Source of the DNA: Azolla caroliniana
Lineage: Eukaryota; Plantae; Polypodiophyta
DNA: 64,000 nt
Assembly: GCA_043228905.1 (NCBI GenBank)
Contig: JBHGNT010000007.1
Location: 15,128,001-15,192,000, forward strand
Direction of reading: 5' to 3'
In this document: positions 25,934 to 38,622 of the stretch, one piece after another
Position numbering within the stretch: the first letter of the stretch is position 1
How the letters are laid out: each line of letters starts with the position of its first letter
The notes under the pieces: model-generated
The model's input: the letters and a program-made list of their open reading frames with translations, nothing else
What the model was told of the DNA's origin: nothing
The model's database searches: none
Program-made: the position numbers and the translations under genes

Positions 25934-26345
25934 TGTTGGGAAAACTAGTTCCTTCAGATGGGAAGAAGATAAGTTAGATGGAGTGGATTGAGTATCGACC
26001 GATGAGATAATCTGAATCAGTTGATGGGAAAAATCGAATAATAATCAATTTGACTAATAGCCGATTCGGTGGAAGCCGACTTGAGGCTAGATTTGTAAAT
26101 AGTCATATATGAATATGAGTATAAACATACTTAGGGCAAGTAGTTAGGTAGAGGATGATCATTATTGAAAAGATATAGTTGGCAATTGCCTCTGTAATTA
26201 GTGGGAGAGAGTGAGAGAGAGCATGAGTATATCTATAGCCATTTGTGATGAAGAAGAGCTCAATGTTGTTGCCTTGAAGCTTCTTGTTGTATTCCTCACA
26301 TCATAGTTGTGAAGTCAATTTTTGCTCGTAAGAAAAGACCGTGGC
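25934..26345 (+). repeat. Diverged, truncated LTR related to the Copia-1 family
   Basis: Start TGTTGGGAAAACTAGTTCCTTCAGATGGGAAG and internal ATTTGTAAATAG...TATAAA...CTTAGGG align with 62021-62325. Confidence 0.6.
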
Positions 26346-27098
26346 AAATACATTGGATGCTAAGATATATAAGAATAAAGCACAATATGAAAGGTTCAAG
26401 AGTTAAAAGGTGAAAGGAAATTGAAGGGATATAAAGTTAGAGGTGTTTTTCAAAAGTTGAAAAAGAAGGAAAAAAGAGAGAGAAAGAAAAAGAGGCAGAA
26501 AAAGCAAGGCAAAGAAAAAAGCTCATAACTTCTTCATCTCATATCCAAATTTTAAAAGAAAAGATTCATAAGAAATCTAACAAAGAGAATTTTCTTGTAT
26601 GACAAATTTGGGATGACAAAGAGGAAATAGTGATATAAAAAATGCCTCACTTAAACTCGAGGATATGTAAAAAGGAACGATTCAAAGAAAATAGCAAGAA
26701 TAACGCAACCAAAAACCCATAAATAGGAGGGTATTCTTAACAAATGGAGGAAGGAGGAATAAGAAGACTAGAAGAAGTGAGAGGATTATTAGTAGAAGAA
26801 AGATAGAAGAAGGAAAGACTATTATGAGTTAGTTTAATTGAGATTAAGGTAGTTCTTTGGGGTTGTTACTTTTAGAGTCTAAGAAGATGGTAAACATGTT
26901 CATGTTCACAAGTGGAAGAATCACGCATTCCACTTTTAGATTCCTTCTACAATGATGTAAATATAGTCGATGTACAAAAGCTAGAAACACTGGTATCATG
27001 TCTTATTCAATCTAATTAATGGTTTTGATATTTACTTGCCAGAACTGCTAAGAGAGATGTGTGCTAGTTGTAGAATGAATATTTATAAACTTAGAGTT

Positions 27099-27167
27099 AC
27101 TCAAAACAAAATGATCTTAAATCGACGATTAACTGAAATGTTGATTTAAGATCATTTCGTTTTGAGT
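27099..27167. repeat. Isolated inverted repeat (28-bp arms, 13-nt loop)
   Basis: ACTCAAAACAAAATGATCTTAAATCGAC ... GTTGATTTAAGATCATTTCGTTTTGAGT, 26/28 complementary. Confidence 0.85.
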
Positions 27168-28037
27168 TGGTTGAGACTTACACAAATGTCTGGATAGAGA
27201 ACATTTTCAAAGTGGACGATATGAATAATCAAATTTAAGGAAGTTCCACCTGGTAAAGGATTCTGCATTTGAGAAATCTTAAATTTCTCAAATTGTCAGT
27301 TAATTTCATATACATTTATAAAAAAGGGTAGCTCTCAATGAAACCTAAGTATAAAATGTAGTTATAACTAAGTAACATATGGTACCATATGGTGTTAGCA
27401 TTTGATATCTGAACTACAAAATCCTGATGAGTTTTGGGTGTGTGCATGTAACTTGGTATCTATAGAAATTGATATTGAGTTCGAGGATGTAATCCATGTT
27501 GGTTATATGATAAAGTTTAAGTTCCTTGAATAATACTTGTGGTTCTTAAACATTGCAAGCTCATCTTTACCTTCTGCTCTGTCTGTGACTACCCTTAGGC
27601 TAAATTTTATTGGGTAAACTTTGTAGAGACCAACACTTTAAATATCTAACATTCTAATAATGTAACATTCTAAATGTATTTGGTTATCAAAATCATCCAT
27701 GCGAAGGGAATATACAGTGGTGGTAAGAAGAAATATCCTATGCATTTAACATAGGTCAAAGACTTGGAGCAACATTATTGTACTACATTACAATGTGTAA
27801 TTGACAACCGTCCAAAATTTTCAAAACATTCAAAATTCGTAAATGTGTATCAATATTCAAACACCAAACCATTGTTAATGCATAGTGTAGAATAAAACTT
27901 ACTATAACGAGTTTCAATATTATATACCATTTTTCCATTGAAACATATCAAAAGAGTCCAAGAATTTCTCAAAAAATTGCATTAAACCAAATAGATTAAA
28001 GGAGTTTGGCACATTATAATATGTCCAAAATATTTTA

Positions 28038-28875
28038 CCATGGTTGTTTACGTACCCGTATTTAACGTTTAAATATGTATAGTACCTCATAATTTGTATA
28101 GTACGTACTATACCTCAATGTTGTTCAGTCAAATACCATGTACATTTGTCTAATACGGTATTTAACGTACATTTGAGAAAACATGTATAATACGTATTTA
28201 TTAAAAAACGTAAGTAAAACCCCAACACAAAGCAAAATAGAAAAAAGATTTTAGTGAAAAATAATGAAGGAAGAAGAACAAAAGCGATGACGACGACGAT
28301 GAAGAAGAAGAAGAAGAGGAAGAAGAAAAGGAGAGAAAAGAAGACAAAAACCTATCCTAACTCTGAGTGTGATAATCACACAAGATAGAAGATGAAGAAG
28401 AAGATGAAGAAGATAGAAAAGAAGAGAGAAACATAATCTTGAGTGTTATAATCGTAGACGATTCTTCAATCAATGAAGGCATAATTATAAATAATCACAA
28501 TTTGAAGTAGAACATCGTGATACACACTTACACTAAATTATTGAATAAGTGAATGTCTACATCCATATTATAAGTATTTTAGGATGTGAAATGTTCAAAT
28601 GTCTTATATGCATTTTAGGATGTAGAACTATAATGTACATCAGAAAATAGGGTAAACATAGATGCTTTTTACAATATTACAATTTTTTTTTTAGAAAGGT
28701 AAATAATTTTCAAATTCTAGAAGTATTTAACGTACTATACGTAAACTACATATTTTACGTATTTTATAAGTATTTAACATATTAGAAAACGTATTTAACG
28801 TATTTTTAAACTGGGAGCTACTATACGCGTATTAATACATTATATACGTATGGTATCCGTACCGTATCTAACGTT
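28038..28875. mobile_element. Probable non-autonomous DNA transposon with subterminal GTATTTAACGT/TACGTA repeats
   Basis: Motif clusters at about 28045-28215 and 28720-28875 flank a (GAA)-rich core; no paired TIR or TSD found. Confidence 0.4.
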
Positions 28876-31288
28876 CTTCAGGAGTTACTACATGTACTCT
28901 AGATGTTATGCATCTATTTAGAATATAGTTTGTTGTGTTTACAACTTCAACCCAGTAGTACAATGGCATATTATTTTTGTCATCAAAGCTCTTGCTATGT
29001 TTACCAAAGTTCTGTTTTCCCTCTCGGCCACTCCATTTTGCCGTGGAGTATATCTACATGCGATTTGTCTCCTTATTCGTTGATTGCATCGAAAATCAAA
29101 AAATTCATTGGAGAAGTATTCTCCTCCTCGGTCAGACATTAAGCATTTTATCCTAGTTTCGGCTTGCTTTTCTACCATGCATTTGAACTTACGAAAACAC
29201 TCAAATACTTCACTCTTCTCTTTCATGAAGTAAACCCATGTTTTCCTTAAGCAATCATCAATGAATGTTACATAAAACCTACAACCACTAATTGAAGCAT
29301 TTTTTATAGGTCCCCATACATCTGTATGTACCAAATCGAACAAGTTTTTGCTAATATGTCGTTCATGAGGGAAAGGCAACCTATTTTGCTTTCCATATTG
29401 ACATGCTTCACATATTTTGCTCATCTCATAGTCTTCCAACTTCGGCAATCTAGCCATTGGATTTTTCCTCAACATATTTTTCAATGTTTGCAGACTTATG
29501 TGTTCCATTCGTTTATGCCACATTTCTTCATTTGAGATTACATTCATTCCTCCTGCAAACATGGTTGTAATCTTTTTAGGCATATCCACAACTAAAACAA
29601 ACATTCTTCCTTGGTGTTTTCCTTTTGCAATCAGCTTTGCATGTTTCTCTATAAAGCACCCACTTTCCTTAAACTTTACTTGCATTCCTTGGTCTACTAT
29701 TGTACATAACTAGGAATCTCTGGTTGTCTTAGACTTTCAAACCAATTTGCATGTCTTGCCATATGATTAGATGCCCCAGAATCTACATACTACATATAAT
29801 CTTCATTACATCTCTGTGAACATTCAGCCATTGTTGTCTCATTTTGCATCACAAAATCACCCTCTTTGTCACTGCTTTCACTAGTTGAAGCATAGTTATT
29901 TTGTTATCTCTTCCCTCTTTTTCATCATTTTGCTTTTTATAACATTTAGCTTGTGTATGGCCTAGTTTTCCACAATACCAACAACCATCATCACTAAAAA
30001 ACATTTGCTTACCTCTACCTCAATTGCTCCCCCTCCAACTGATCTTGTTTCTTCCACTTATAGCTTGTTGTCCTCTTTCTTGATAATTATTATTGGTTCT
30101 AGTTGGAACAAATCTTCCATGACCTCTTCCTCAGCCTCTTCTAGCACTATTGTAGAGAGCTGCCCCTCAATCTTAGAGTTTCCTTTGTTTATATTTTCAA
30201 TCTGATTTCTTTATTCCACTACAAGCATTGAAACCAGAACTACAAAACTTGGGATATTATCCCTTGTGAGAATGGATGTTTTGAAGCTTTTATATTGAGG
30301 TCCTAAGCCTCTTAAACATACTTCTACTTTATCATCAACTTCCACCTTCACATTAATAGAAGCAAGTGACTGACATATGCTCTTTATTTTCAGAGCATAC
30401 TCATTGAATGACTAAAGTTTTCTTGCCTTTGTATTTACTTCAAATAGTTTCAACAAACTGTCCCAAGGTTCTTTTGGAAGTAGAGTATCTTGTATATGTC
30501 CAAGCATCGAATATGAGATGCTAAGTGACAACCAATGCAATACTTTTCTTGCCCCTTGATTCTAATCCTTAAACGCTTTGATCTGTGCAACAGTTGCATT
30601 TTCTTCAGGGATCTTTGGAGCCTCTTCTAGGTCTCCTTCAATCTAATCCCAATATCCTTTTCCCATTAGGAAATTTGTCATTCTGAATTTCCACGCAGGG
30701 AAATTGTTTTTATCCAATTTTTCTATGACTATTTGACTTCTTTTTTCAACAATCATTTTTCTTCCAATTTAGGGCTTTAGCTACGATTAACTTCAAGAAA
30801 CTCTTTGATTCAGATAAGCAAATGGAGAAATTTTCTCAGATTTTTACTGTTCTTCTTTACGAGAAACTTTGCTTTGATACCATGTTACGAAGGTGCTACG
30901 GCTCCTCTTAATGCAAAACGGATTGTAATGTGCTAGATCATTAGTGTGTTCAAGAAAGAAAGGAAAGGGGGGAAGGAGACTCACCTTTGTAGCAACCCAA
31001 AACGTTCTTTTTTCATTATGCAAAAAAACCTCTCTTCTGTATTTTCTTCTCTACTCTCTTCTTTGCTATTCTTCTCTCTTTTTCTATCTGTTGTCTCCTA
31101 CTTTTTTACCTAAGTATATATGTGACTTACATATTAAGCTAAATAGTTGCGAGTAGCTAAATAGCTATTGATAGCTAATTAGTTGTTTTACCTATATGTC
31201 CAATAGTAGCTAGTTTCCTAATAGCTACTATAGAAGATCTCAGTTACCAATAAGCATCACATGATTTTGTTGAGCTTGTTTCTTAATA
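28876..31288 (-). mobile_element. Copia H, 5' half only (LTR 30883-31288, PBS 30871-30882, gag-PR-IN decayed)
   Basis: EKLDKNNFPAWKFRMTNFLMGKGYW near 30650-30725; ORF 28939-29685 (WHKRMEH, HTDVWGP, QNGVAERENR); PBS TGGTATCAAAGC. Confidence 0.88.
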
Positions 31289-31450
31289 GATAGTAAAGTT
31301 GAGTTAACACTCCAAGAAGTGCTAGGGATTGTGAAGAAGGAATTTCATGAAGTGATCATCGATGTGATTCAGAGAAAAAGACAAGTGGTTGAAGAAACGA
31401 GTGGAGTAAATATCTTCATGATATGGGAGGAAGATGAAGATATGGAGCCT
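31289..31450 (+). pseudogene. Small Gypsy (Phygy-like) gag/pro linker fragment
   Basis: DSKVELTLQEVLGIVKKEFHEVIIDVIQRKRQ; recognised by resemblance only. Confidence 0.4.
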
Positions 31451-31625
31451 GCATTCTTAACTGGGGTACGGAGTGCCGACATACAGTGTACTCGAGAAAA
31501 GGAAAGACGCCTCCAATCAGAATTGGTGATCAGATGGAATCGTGTAGGTGGATCAAAATTTTTTCGTCCACGAGAAGTCATTTTATCCAGTAATCTTGGG
31601 GCTATCACAGGCATGACAACAACTA

Positions 31626-31952
31626 TGTCAAGATTCGAACTCTTCACCTCTTGTATTATAGTCAAGTGTTATATTGTAACCAACACGTCCAAGTACATGT
31701 TCGTATTATATATATCTTTGTAGATTATCTATTCACGTTCTAGGAGTTTTCAGAAAGTTCTAGAGGGTTCTAGAATATTCTCCAAAATATTCTAATGCAT
31801 GTACTTCAACTCACAGTATAAATACTTGTAACCTCCTTGGTTCCTTTCAAAGGATTCAACACCAATCCTTGAAAAATCAATCTAGTATTCTTGTTTCACC
31901 CGATCTTGTGTCCTTGATCTTTATCTCTACCATGGTTGGAGTGTCAATGACA
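31626..31952 (+). repeat. Diverged solo-like LTR related to chromovirus E
   Basis: TGTCA...TGACA termini, antisense B-box, HSE array 31737-31781, TATAAATA at 31817; no TSD. Confidence 0.6.
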
Positions 31953-32989
31953 GGGGTAACCATAAATTAGAGTAGCACGAATGGACACTAAAGTGCTTGA
32001 TAACAGAGCGGCATCTGCCAAGATTCGGAGTCAGGATGGAAAGAGGTCGGTACAGTTTCTTACTGTTCGACGAAATCATGAAAGAAATAGGGAACATCTA
32101 TGTGATCATCCACAGTGAGATGTGGAAGATTTTGTACAAGATTTCTAGAACATGCCCTTAAAAACAATGTCAAAACATTTCTCATATGGAGCTTATGATG
32201 AGGAGCATGTGCAATTTTTCAGTTTGTGAATCGAAGTTCAGAAGCCCAAGATACAACCTTCAGAAGGATTAATGCTACTCAAGATACAAATGTAATTAAA
32301 TAAGGGTGACTTTGTAATTTCTCAAATGTACAATTAAAAAATCGAATTTGTAGAATTTATAAATAAATAAATATAATAATAATAATAACCGCCTGCATGA
32401 GGTGGTTTGTCAACCACCTCAAGAGGGTGGTTGGGCGGTTGACCTCCCCTATAAAAGCCACTCATATTGTGGCTGAATAGGGTGAGGGAAAAAGGAAGAG
32501 GAGGAAGAAGAAAAAGCGAGTGAAGAAGCTCGCGTGGGTGCGTGGTTTTCCTAAACTAACACAAATAGTGAAGAAACCAAAACAAGAAAACCAAGTAGGT
32601 CAGGTGGTGTGTCTCAAACGCCTCTTCTCAAACAAAGGGTAGTGAGGTTGAATCATCTTAAAATAACTTCTTTTGCTAAATGAATTTTATAAGATAAATT
32701 TGGTAAATATTAAATTGAAAGAAAAAACGAAGTTGAAGTGGTCTATTTCAAATGCCTTTTCTCAAAAAGAGTTCGTGAGCTCAAGTCTTGCCAAGTAACT
32801 TTTGGCAAATAAATATTGTAAGTGGTTGTTTTACAAATAAAATTCTTTTCGCGACAACATCGCATCTATCTTATTTTTTCGCATTCTCTTGTCATCGCAT
32901 CATCTACGATTCTGCCCTGTCATCCCGGTCATTCCCGAGTCATAGAACCTCGACGGTTGCGACACACAACCACAATCTTTACGACAACG

Positions 32990-34530
32990 TAAAGGTGCCA
33001 AAATCGAGAAGCGCAAGCACTAGAGTGGAAAAAAGCGATGCATCACAAAGAGGTGTAGAAGAAACTGGAGCAATATATGTGTCTAATGATTGATGGTATG
33101 GACCACAAGAAGATGTGTCTAGCTCACCTTAGCAAGCTTCCGAAAGATGTCAACAAAGAATGTCTCGTTCAAATGCACTTGGTGGGTTGTTTGGGTTATA
33201 ATGGAATAGTTAAACCTCACGTCTTCATTAATTACCCAAATGTCCACAATGAACCCAACCTAACAATTACTATGATTCAAAGAGTTTTGATGAATTGTGG
33301 GCACCCATTGCCCCCTATTCTCTACATTCAATTGGACAACACTTCTATGGAGAATAAGAACTCAATGTTGGTGAAACAAGGAGTGTTTAAGAAAGCTAAA
33401 GTTAACTTCCTTCTACTTGGTCACACACATGACCATATTGATCAAATGTTCAATACATTCTCTAGACAGTTGACTTGATATGATGCTTTCACATTACCTA
33501 AGTTATTTGACGTCATTTGTGATGCATATAAGCCACGTCCAAATGTGATCCACTTAAAGGAGATATATGACTTTAAGAGATACATGGAAGATGGTGGGGA
33601 TGAGAATGTGAAAGTGTTAACCCAACTAAATAATATTACCTTCAATCACATGTTCTTGATAAAGAAAAATGATATAAGTGGTTGTATGTTGTTGCATGCA
33701 AAGCAAAATTCATCTTCCCCACAGTGGGAACCAGAAAGTGGTTGCCAATTCTTTATTCATATGCCATTTGTAACTATTGTTTATGGTGCAAAACAAATGC
33801 CAATTGAGACTAAAAAAGAAATGCAAAGCTACTTGGTAGATGAATGACAGAACTTCTAGACGCAAGCCTTACAGGACAAAAGGAAGCACATTGATACTGC
33901 AAAGAAGTATGTTGAACCAGAAGATACCTCATGGTGGGACATATTCTTTAGTGATCAACAAGAAATTATTGATAATTCGTTTACCGGAATTTGGCCCTTG
34001 TGAATACCATTTATGTGGTCCGTACAACATAGGCCTAGTTCTCAAATGCCACGTCATGCACCTAATTCGGATCTTGAGAAGTTGCTTCATCCACAACAGA
34101 GAGACATTTATGTGGGACCGAGGATGACAAAAGCAATAGAAGCCTGTTGGCAGGGAAACACACAAGAAAGGTTGGAATGTTAATTTGCAGATGACAATGA
34201 CATGTGGCACCAATTCTAGATTGGTAAAGTATTAGAAGTGGTGATGCATGAAAACCAAAATCAAATAAAGTCTACAAAGGTGCATTGGTACAACACTAAA
34301 AGCAAGAATGCATTTACAGGCAAGTATACATTGGAGATGATGGAATGCCTAACGTCAAGAGGAAATAGAATGCCCTTCACATGCAAGAGGTGGATATCAT
34401 TGTGTACAACTTTACACTAACAAAAGTCGGATGTTTAAGGAAGTCAACAATAGACAATAAAATCGAAATTGCCAAGTCTACAAGGCTTCTCAGATCTAAG
34501 GCAAACCAGATCTTCTATAGATGATTTGGA
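32990..34530 (+). pseudogene. Decayed DDD transposase, Sola1-like / DUF7869-type (copy 1, 5'-truncated)
   Basis: Motifs IDGMD, LYIQLDNTSMENKN and FLLLGHTHDHIDQMF; colinear with copy 2 through FWIGKV...KVHWYNT. Confidence 0.75.
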
Positions 34531-34557
34531 GATACAACAAACTTGATGCAAAGTCAC

Positions 34558-35303
34558 ATGCACTACCACTTTGTGTGCGCGTGTGTCCTCTCTGGTGAAG
34601 TGGAACTGCAATATGTTCCAATTAATCGGTGGTTGGACGACATCTTCACCAAACCTATCAAACTCAACAAGTTATGGCAAATCTTGAGTATGCTTGGTCT
34701 ATAACGCCTGAATGTCCTGAACTTGAGGGGGGCACTAGAATTGGTTGAGGAAGCTGAGGAAGCCAAATCTGATGAGAGAACGACTGGAAGGAAATCGTCA
34801 AAGGGAAGATCAACCGATTGTAGGGGGAGTGGAATGAGTAAGCCAAAGCCAACCAAACGAAGGGGAGCAGGAAAAGAAAAGAAAGTAAAAAATACTTAGG
34901 CTAAGAAAACCAAAGGCCAGATTGAAGAAGAATCGAAGACAGACGATTTGTTCAACGGTGGAGACGATTCGGCCAACGCCTGATGAAGAACCTCAAGTTG
35001 AGCTTGAGTGGGAGTGTTGAGAGACAAGCTCAACATGAGTCAAACGGCTAAAGGCCGATAGGTCAGTCGAAGTATTGAAGTACTTGCCAATACTTTTATC
35101 AGTCCTTTTGAGAACTTGTATAAAGAGTGCTCACTAAGCACATTTTGATGTATAGAGTGTTGTTATTTTGAATTGAATTTGTTGTTATCTGCTTTCTCTT
35201 TCTCATATTTTAGTTGCATTCTCTATGTTTTATGTAATTGTTGATGCTATCTAAGAGCGACGATTGTGTCTATAATAAGCTTCCACATATGTAACCTTTT
35301 ACG
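34558..35303 (+). mobile_element. Copia G 3' fragment (RNase H end, charged tail, PPT, LTR from 35015 to about 35303); B/F-like
   Basis: MHYHFV...DIFTKP...NLRG; CTCAAGTTGAGCTTGAGTGGGAG-TGTTGAGAGACAAGCTCAACA. Confidence 0.8.
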
Positions 35304-35965
35304 ATGACTAAAGTGGCAAAGATACACGAGTCGAAGAGCTATGCAAATGCGGCACATGATGCCAATTGAAAATTGGTTATGGTTGAAGAGATGCATGCAG
35401 TAGCTGAAAACGAGAGATGGGACCTCGTTGATCCTCCCAAAGGAGTTATGCCTATTGGATGCAGGTGGGTGTATAAGATAAAATACAACGCTGGTGGTTT
35501 GATCAACAAGTACAAGGCCCTATTGGTGGCCAACGGCTACGTGCATCAACATGATATTGACTACGATGAGACGCTCGCACCGATCGCGAAGATGATGACC
35601 ATCCGTGTCTTGTTGGCCATAGCAATAGCAAAGGGGTGGCATCTACATCAAATGAATATAAAGAATGTGCTCCTACAAGGGAAGCTTGAGGAACATGTGT
35701 ACATTGTACTGCCCCCCGGATTTCAATTTGAAATGAACAAATCAACAATTTGCCGACTAAAGAAGTCCCGTTACAAAGTGCAAGGATCATGTAGAGATTC
35801 CGTCGGATGGGGATTTAGACATCAAAATCAGATTCTTCATTATTCATTCGAAAAGGTCGAAATGGGTCGGTTAGCATATTACTATATGTTGATGATCTAG
35901 TTATTGCCAGCACCAACCTAGAGGAAATCAACTGCATCAAGTCTTAATTGGCGGCATCATTCGGT
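35304..35965 (+). pseudogene. Copia RT fragment
   Basis: ORF 35373-35900 (WDLVDPPKG, GCRWVYKIK, LHQMNIKN) and LLYVDDL near 35875-35900. Confidence 0.85.
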
Positions 35966-36283
35966 GAGTATACAATGATGAAAGGTGTGAGAAAAATAGA
36001 AAACAAAAAATTGTCCATGCAACTCAAGCAAAGTGTAAAGATCACGTAGAGATTCTGTTGGATGAGGATTTAGACATCAAAATCAGATTCTTCATTATTC
36101 ATTCGAAAAGGTCGAAACGAGCCGGTTAGCATATTACTATATGTTGATGATCTAGTTATTGCCACCACCGACCTAGAGGAAATCAGCTGCATCAAGTCTC
36201 AATTGGCGGCATCATTCAGTGAGTATACAATGATGAAAGGTGTGAGAAAAATAGAAAACAAAAAATTGTCCGGACAACTCAAG
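35774..36283 (+). repeat. Tandem duplication, 2 x 255 bp
   Basis: Units 35774-36028 and 36029-36283, more than 90% identical by eye. Confidence 0.9.
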
Positions 36284-38226
36284 ATGCTAATGTGGATTTT
36301 GTCTTTTGGGTCTTCCTCGATGATATGGTGTTTGATTGGCATGGGTGTGGTACACGTGCTTGAAGTGTTGTAACTGTTGTAGGTATGAATGACTTAGGTG
36401 GTCTAGTGCTCAAGTTCTCTCAAGTGCTCTCTTGTACTCTCGTAGAAAGAAAATGGAAAGGTCCACCTATTTATAGGGAGGGAAGTAAGTCAGGGTAGTT
36501 AGTGGTAAACATAGTTAGTTGTAGAAATAATACAAAAAGTACATACACATTTAATATTTATAAATAACTATAGTTAGTTATAGATTTTGACTTAAAAGTA
36601 CAAAGACACTCATGATCTACATTCAATTTGTCTAAAATTAATTGATGTTTACTTTTAGGTTTTAAATTAGAGTTACCTCTATTTATGTATAGTTCGTAAC
36701 TATCCTGTAATCATTGTATAAATAATTTATAGCAATAAATTCAAACTATATAAAATTCTCTAGATTCTTTTTTTATTTAATTATTAGACTTTAATACTTC
36801 CAATTATGATAAAGTTGAGTTATTGAATTTAAAGGCTTTCTTTCTAGGTAAATTAAATTTTATTGACTTTTATTTATCTAAGTACACCTATTACTTCTAG
36901 TTATATTAAATTTCAATTATTGATTATTAAAGAGTGCTTTGAGAAATGAGTGAAAATTCTCCCATTTCTGTGAGTGAATACTCAATGTCAATAGTCTCTC
37001 CCTTTTCTATTGACGAATACAATATGGATTCGAAATGTTGTCAGACACCATGAACTATGGAACTGAGTAATGAGTTATCCGTTGATGAGTATGAAAACAA
37101 TGAAGTTTCTAACCATGATGTCCAAGTAAAAATAGTTAGTCAAGTCATTGACTATAAAGTAAAGACAAATGTTTGTGAGGTGGATGATGAAACCAAAATA
37201 TGTAAGGAAGAGATAAAGACCACTAGTCCAATCCAATTCAAGAGAGTTCCATGACAAATACGGCGATACTGGTTTGACTTGTTGATGAGTAGGACAGTTG
37301 GTTGGTGACACATATGCAAATGGTTTCTGAAAAATCGTCCCAAATTTCAGTCTCCTTTGAGTATGACCTAAATGGTGCACAACAATGTTGTAGAGTGGCA
37401 TTTAAAATTTATTTATGTGTTAACAATATTAGATTACAGAGTGCAACAAAGACTTATTAATGGTGATATTAGTATCAATGGCAATTACGTTCCAAGTATG
37501 AAAGGAGCAACCGAAAGCATTGCAACTCTATGGATGAAAAATCACTTTGAGCTCAAGTGCAAAGTAATGCCAACTATAGATCAATTGCATCTCTCAGATC
37601 TCTCAATTGTATATGATGCTTACAAATCCAATTTGATGACACCAACCGAGAAGTATGTCACCTATAGCCAATTTACAAGAGTGTGGACTACACAATTCTC
37701 AAACGTTATCATACGTCGCAAAGTCCATATGGGTTACTGTTCGATATGTGCAAACTTGAAGAGCATGGCTAAAGGTGCCAAGACAACCATAAAAAAGTGT
37801 TACAAGAATATTGTGAAGCTCAGGCGTTAGAGTGAAAGAGGCCAATGGTTCATAGAGATAAATTGTTGAAGTATCCAACTCAATTCATGAGTCTAATGAT
37901 CAATGACATGGATAAGAAGAAAACGTTTCTACCCCACATGAGGAGACTTCCTAAAGATTTCAACGATGAATGTCTTGTACATATGCATGTGGTTGGTTGC
38001 CTACCTTGTCATGGGACGATTAAACCCCATGTCTTCATTACATACCCTAATATCCATAATGACCCCAACCTTACAGTTATTGTAATTCATAGGGTTTTGA
38101 TGTGTTTGGGGCATCCCTTGCCCCTTGTACTCTATGTTCAATTGGATAATATTGTTAGGGAAAAAAAGAATTCAATTGTTTTTGGATATTTGAGTATGTT
38201 GGTGAAATAAGGTGTGTTCAGGAAAA

Positions 38227-38622
38227 TGTTGAGATACAAGCTCAACATTGGGTGCGTAAATGGGTGCGTAGACTGGGTGCGTAAAACCGTACGCACAACA
38301 TGGTCGTAGTGGTGTGTAAACCGAGAGGCCATTAGAACTCTATTCCTCGTAAGGAATAATTTTGGGAGATACTATAGACGGCTCATTTATGAGCGGTCAA
38401 GTACTGTCACTACTTGTGTCAGCCCAATAGCCAGGACTTGTATAAAAGGTGGTCACTGAGCACGAAGTATGTACAGAGAATATACAGAGATTTATTTTTG
38501 AATATAATTTTGTTCTGTCTCTCGCTCTCCTCTATTAATTCTGCGTTTTAGGGAACTGTCATACTTCCGAACTGTGTACTCTGTGTCTTACGCATACGCT
38601 TCCGCACACGTATTCTTTTACA
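38227..38622 (+). repeat. 5' LTR of Copia F
   Basis: TGTTGAGATACAAGCTCAACA...TTTTACA followed by the PBS. Confidence 0.93.
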
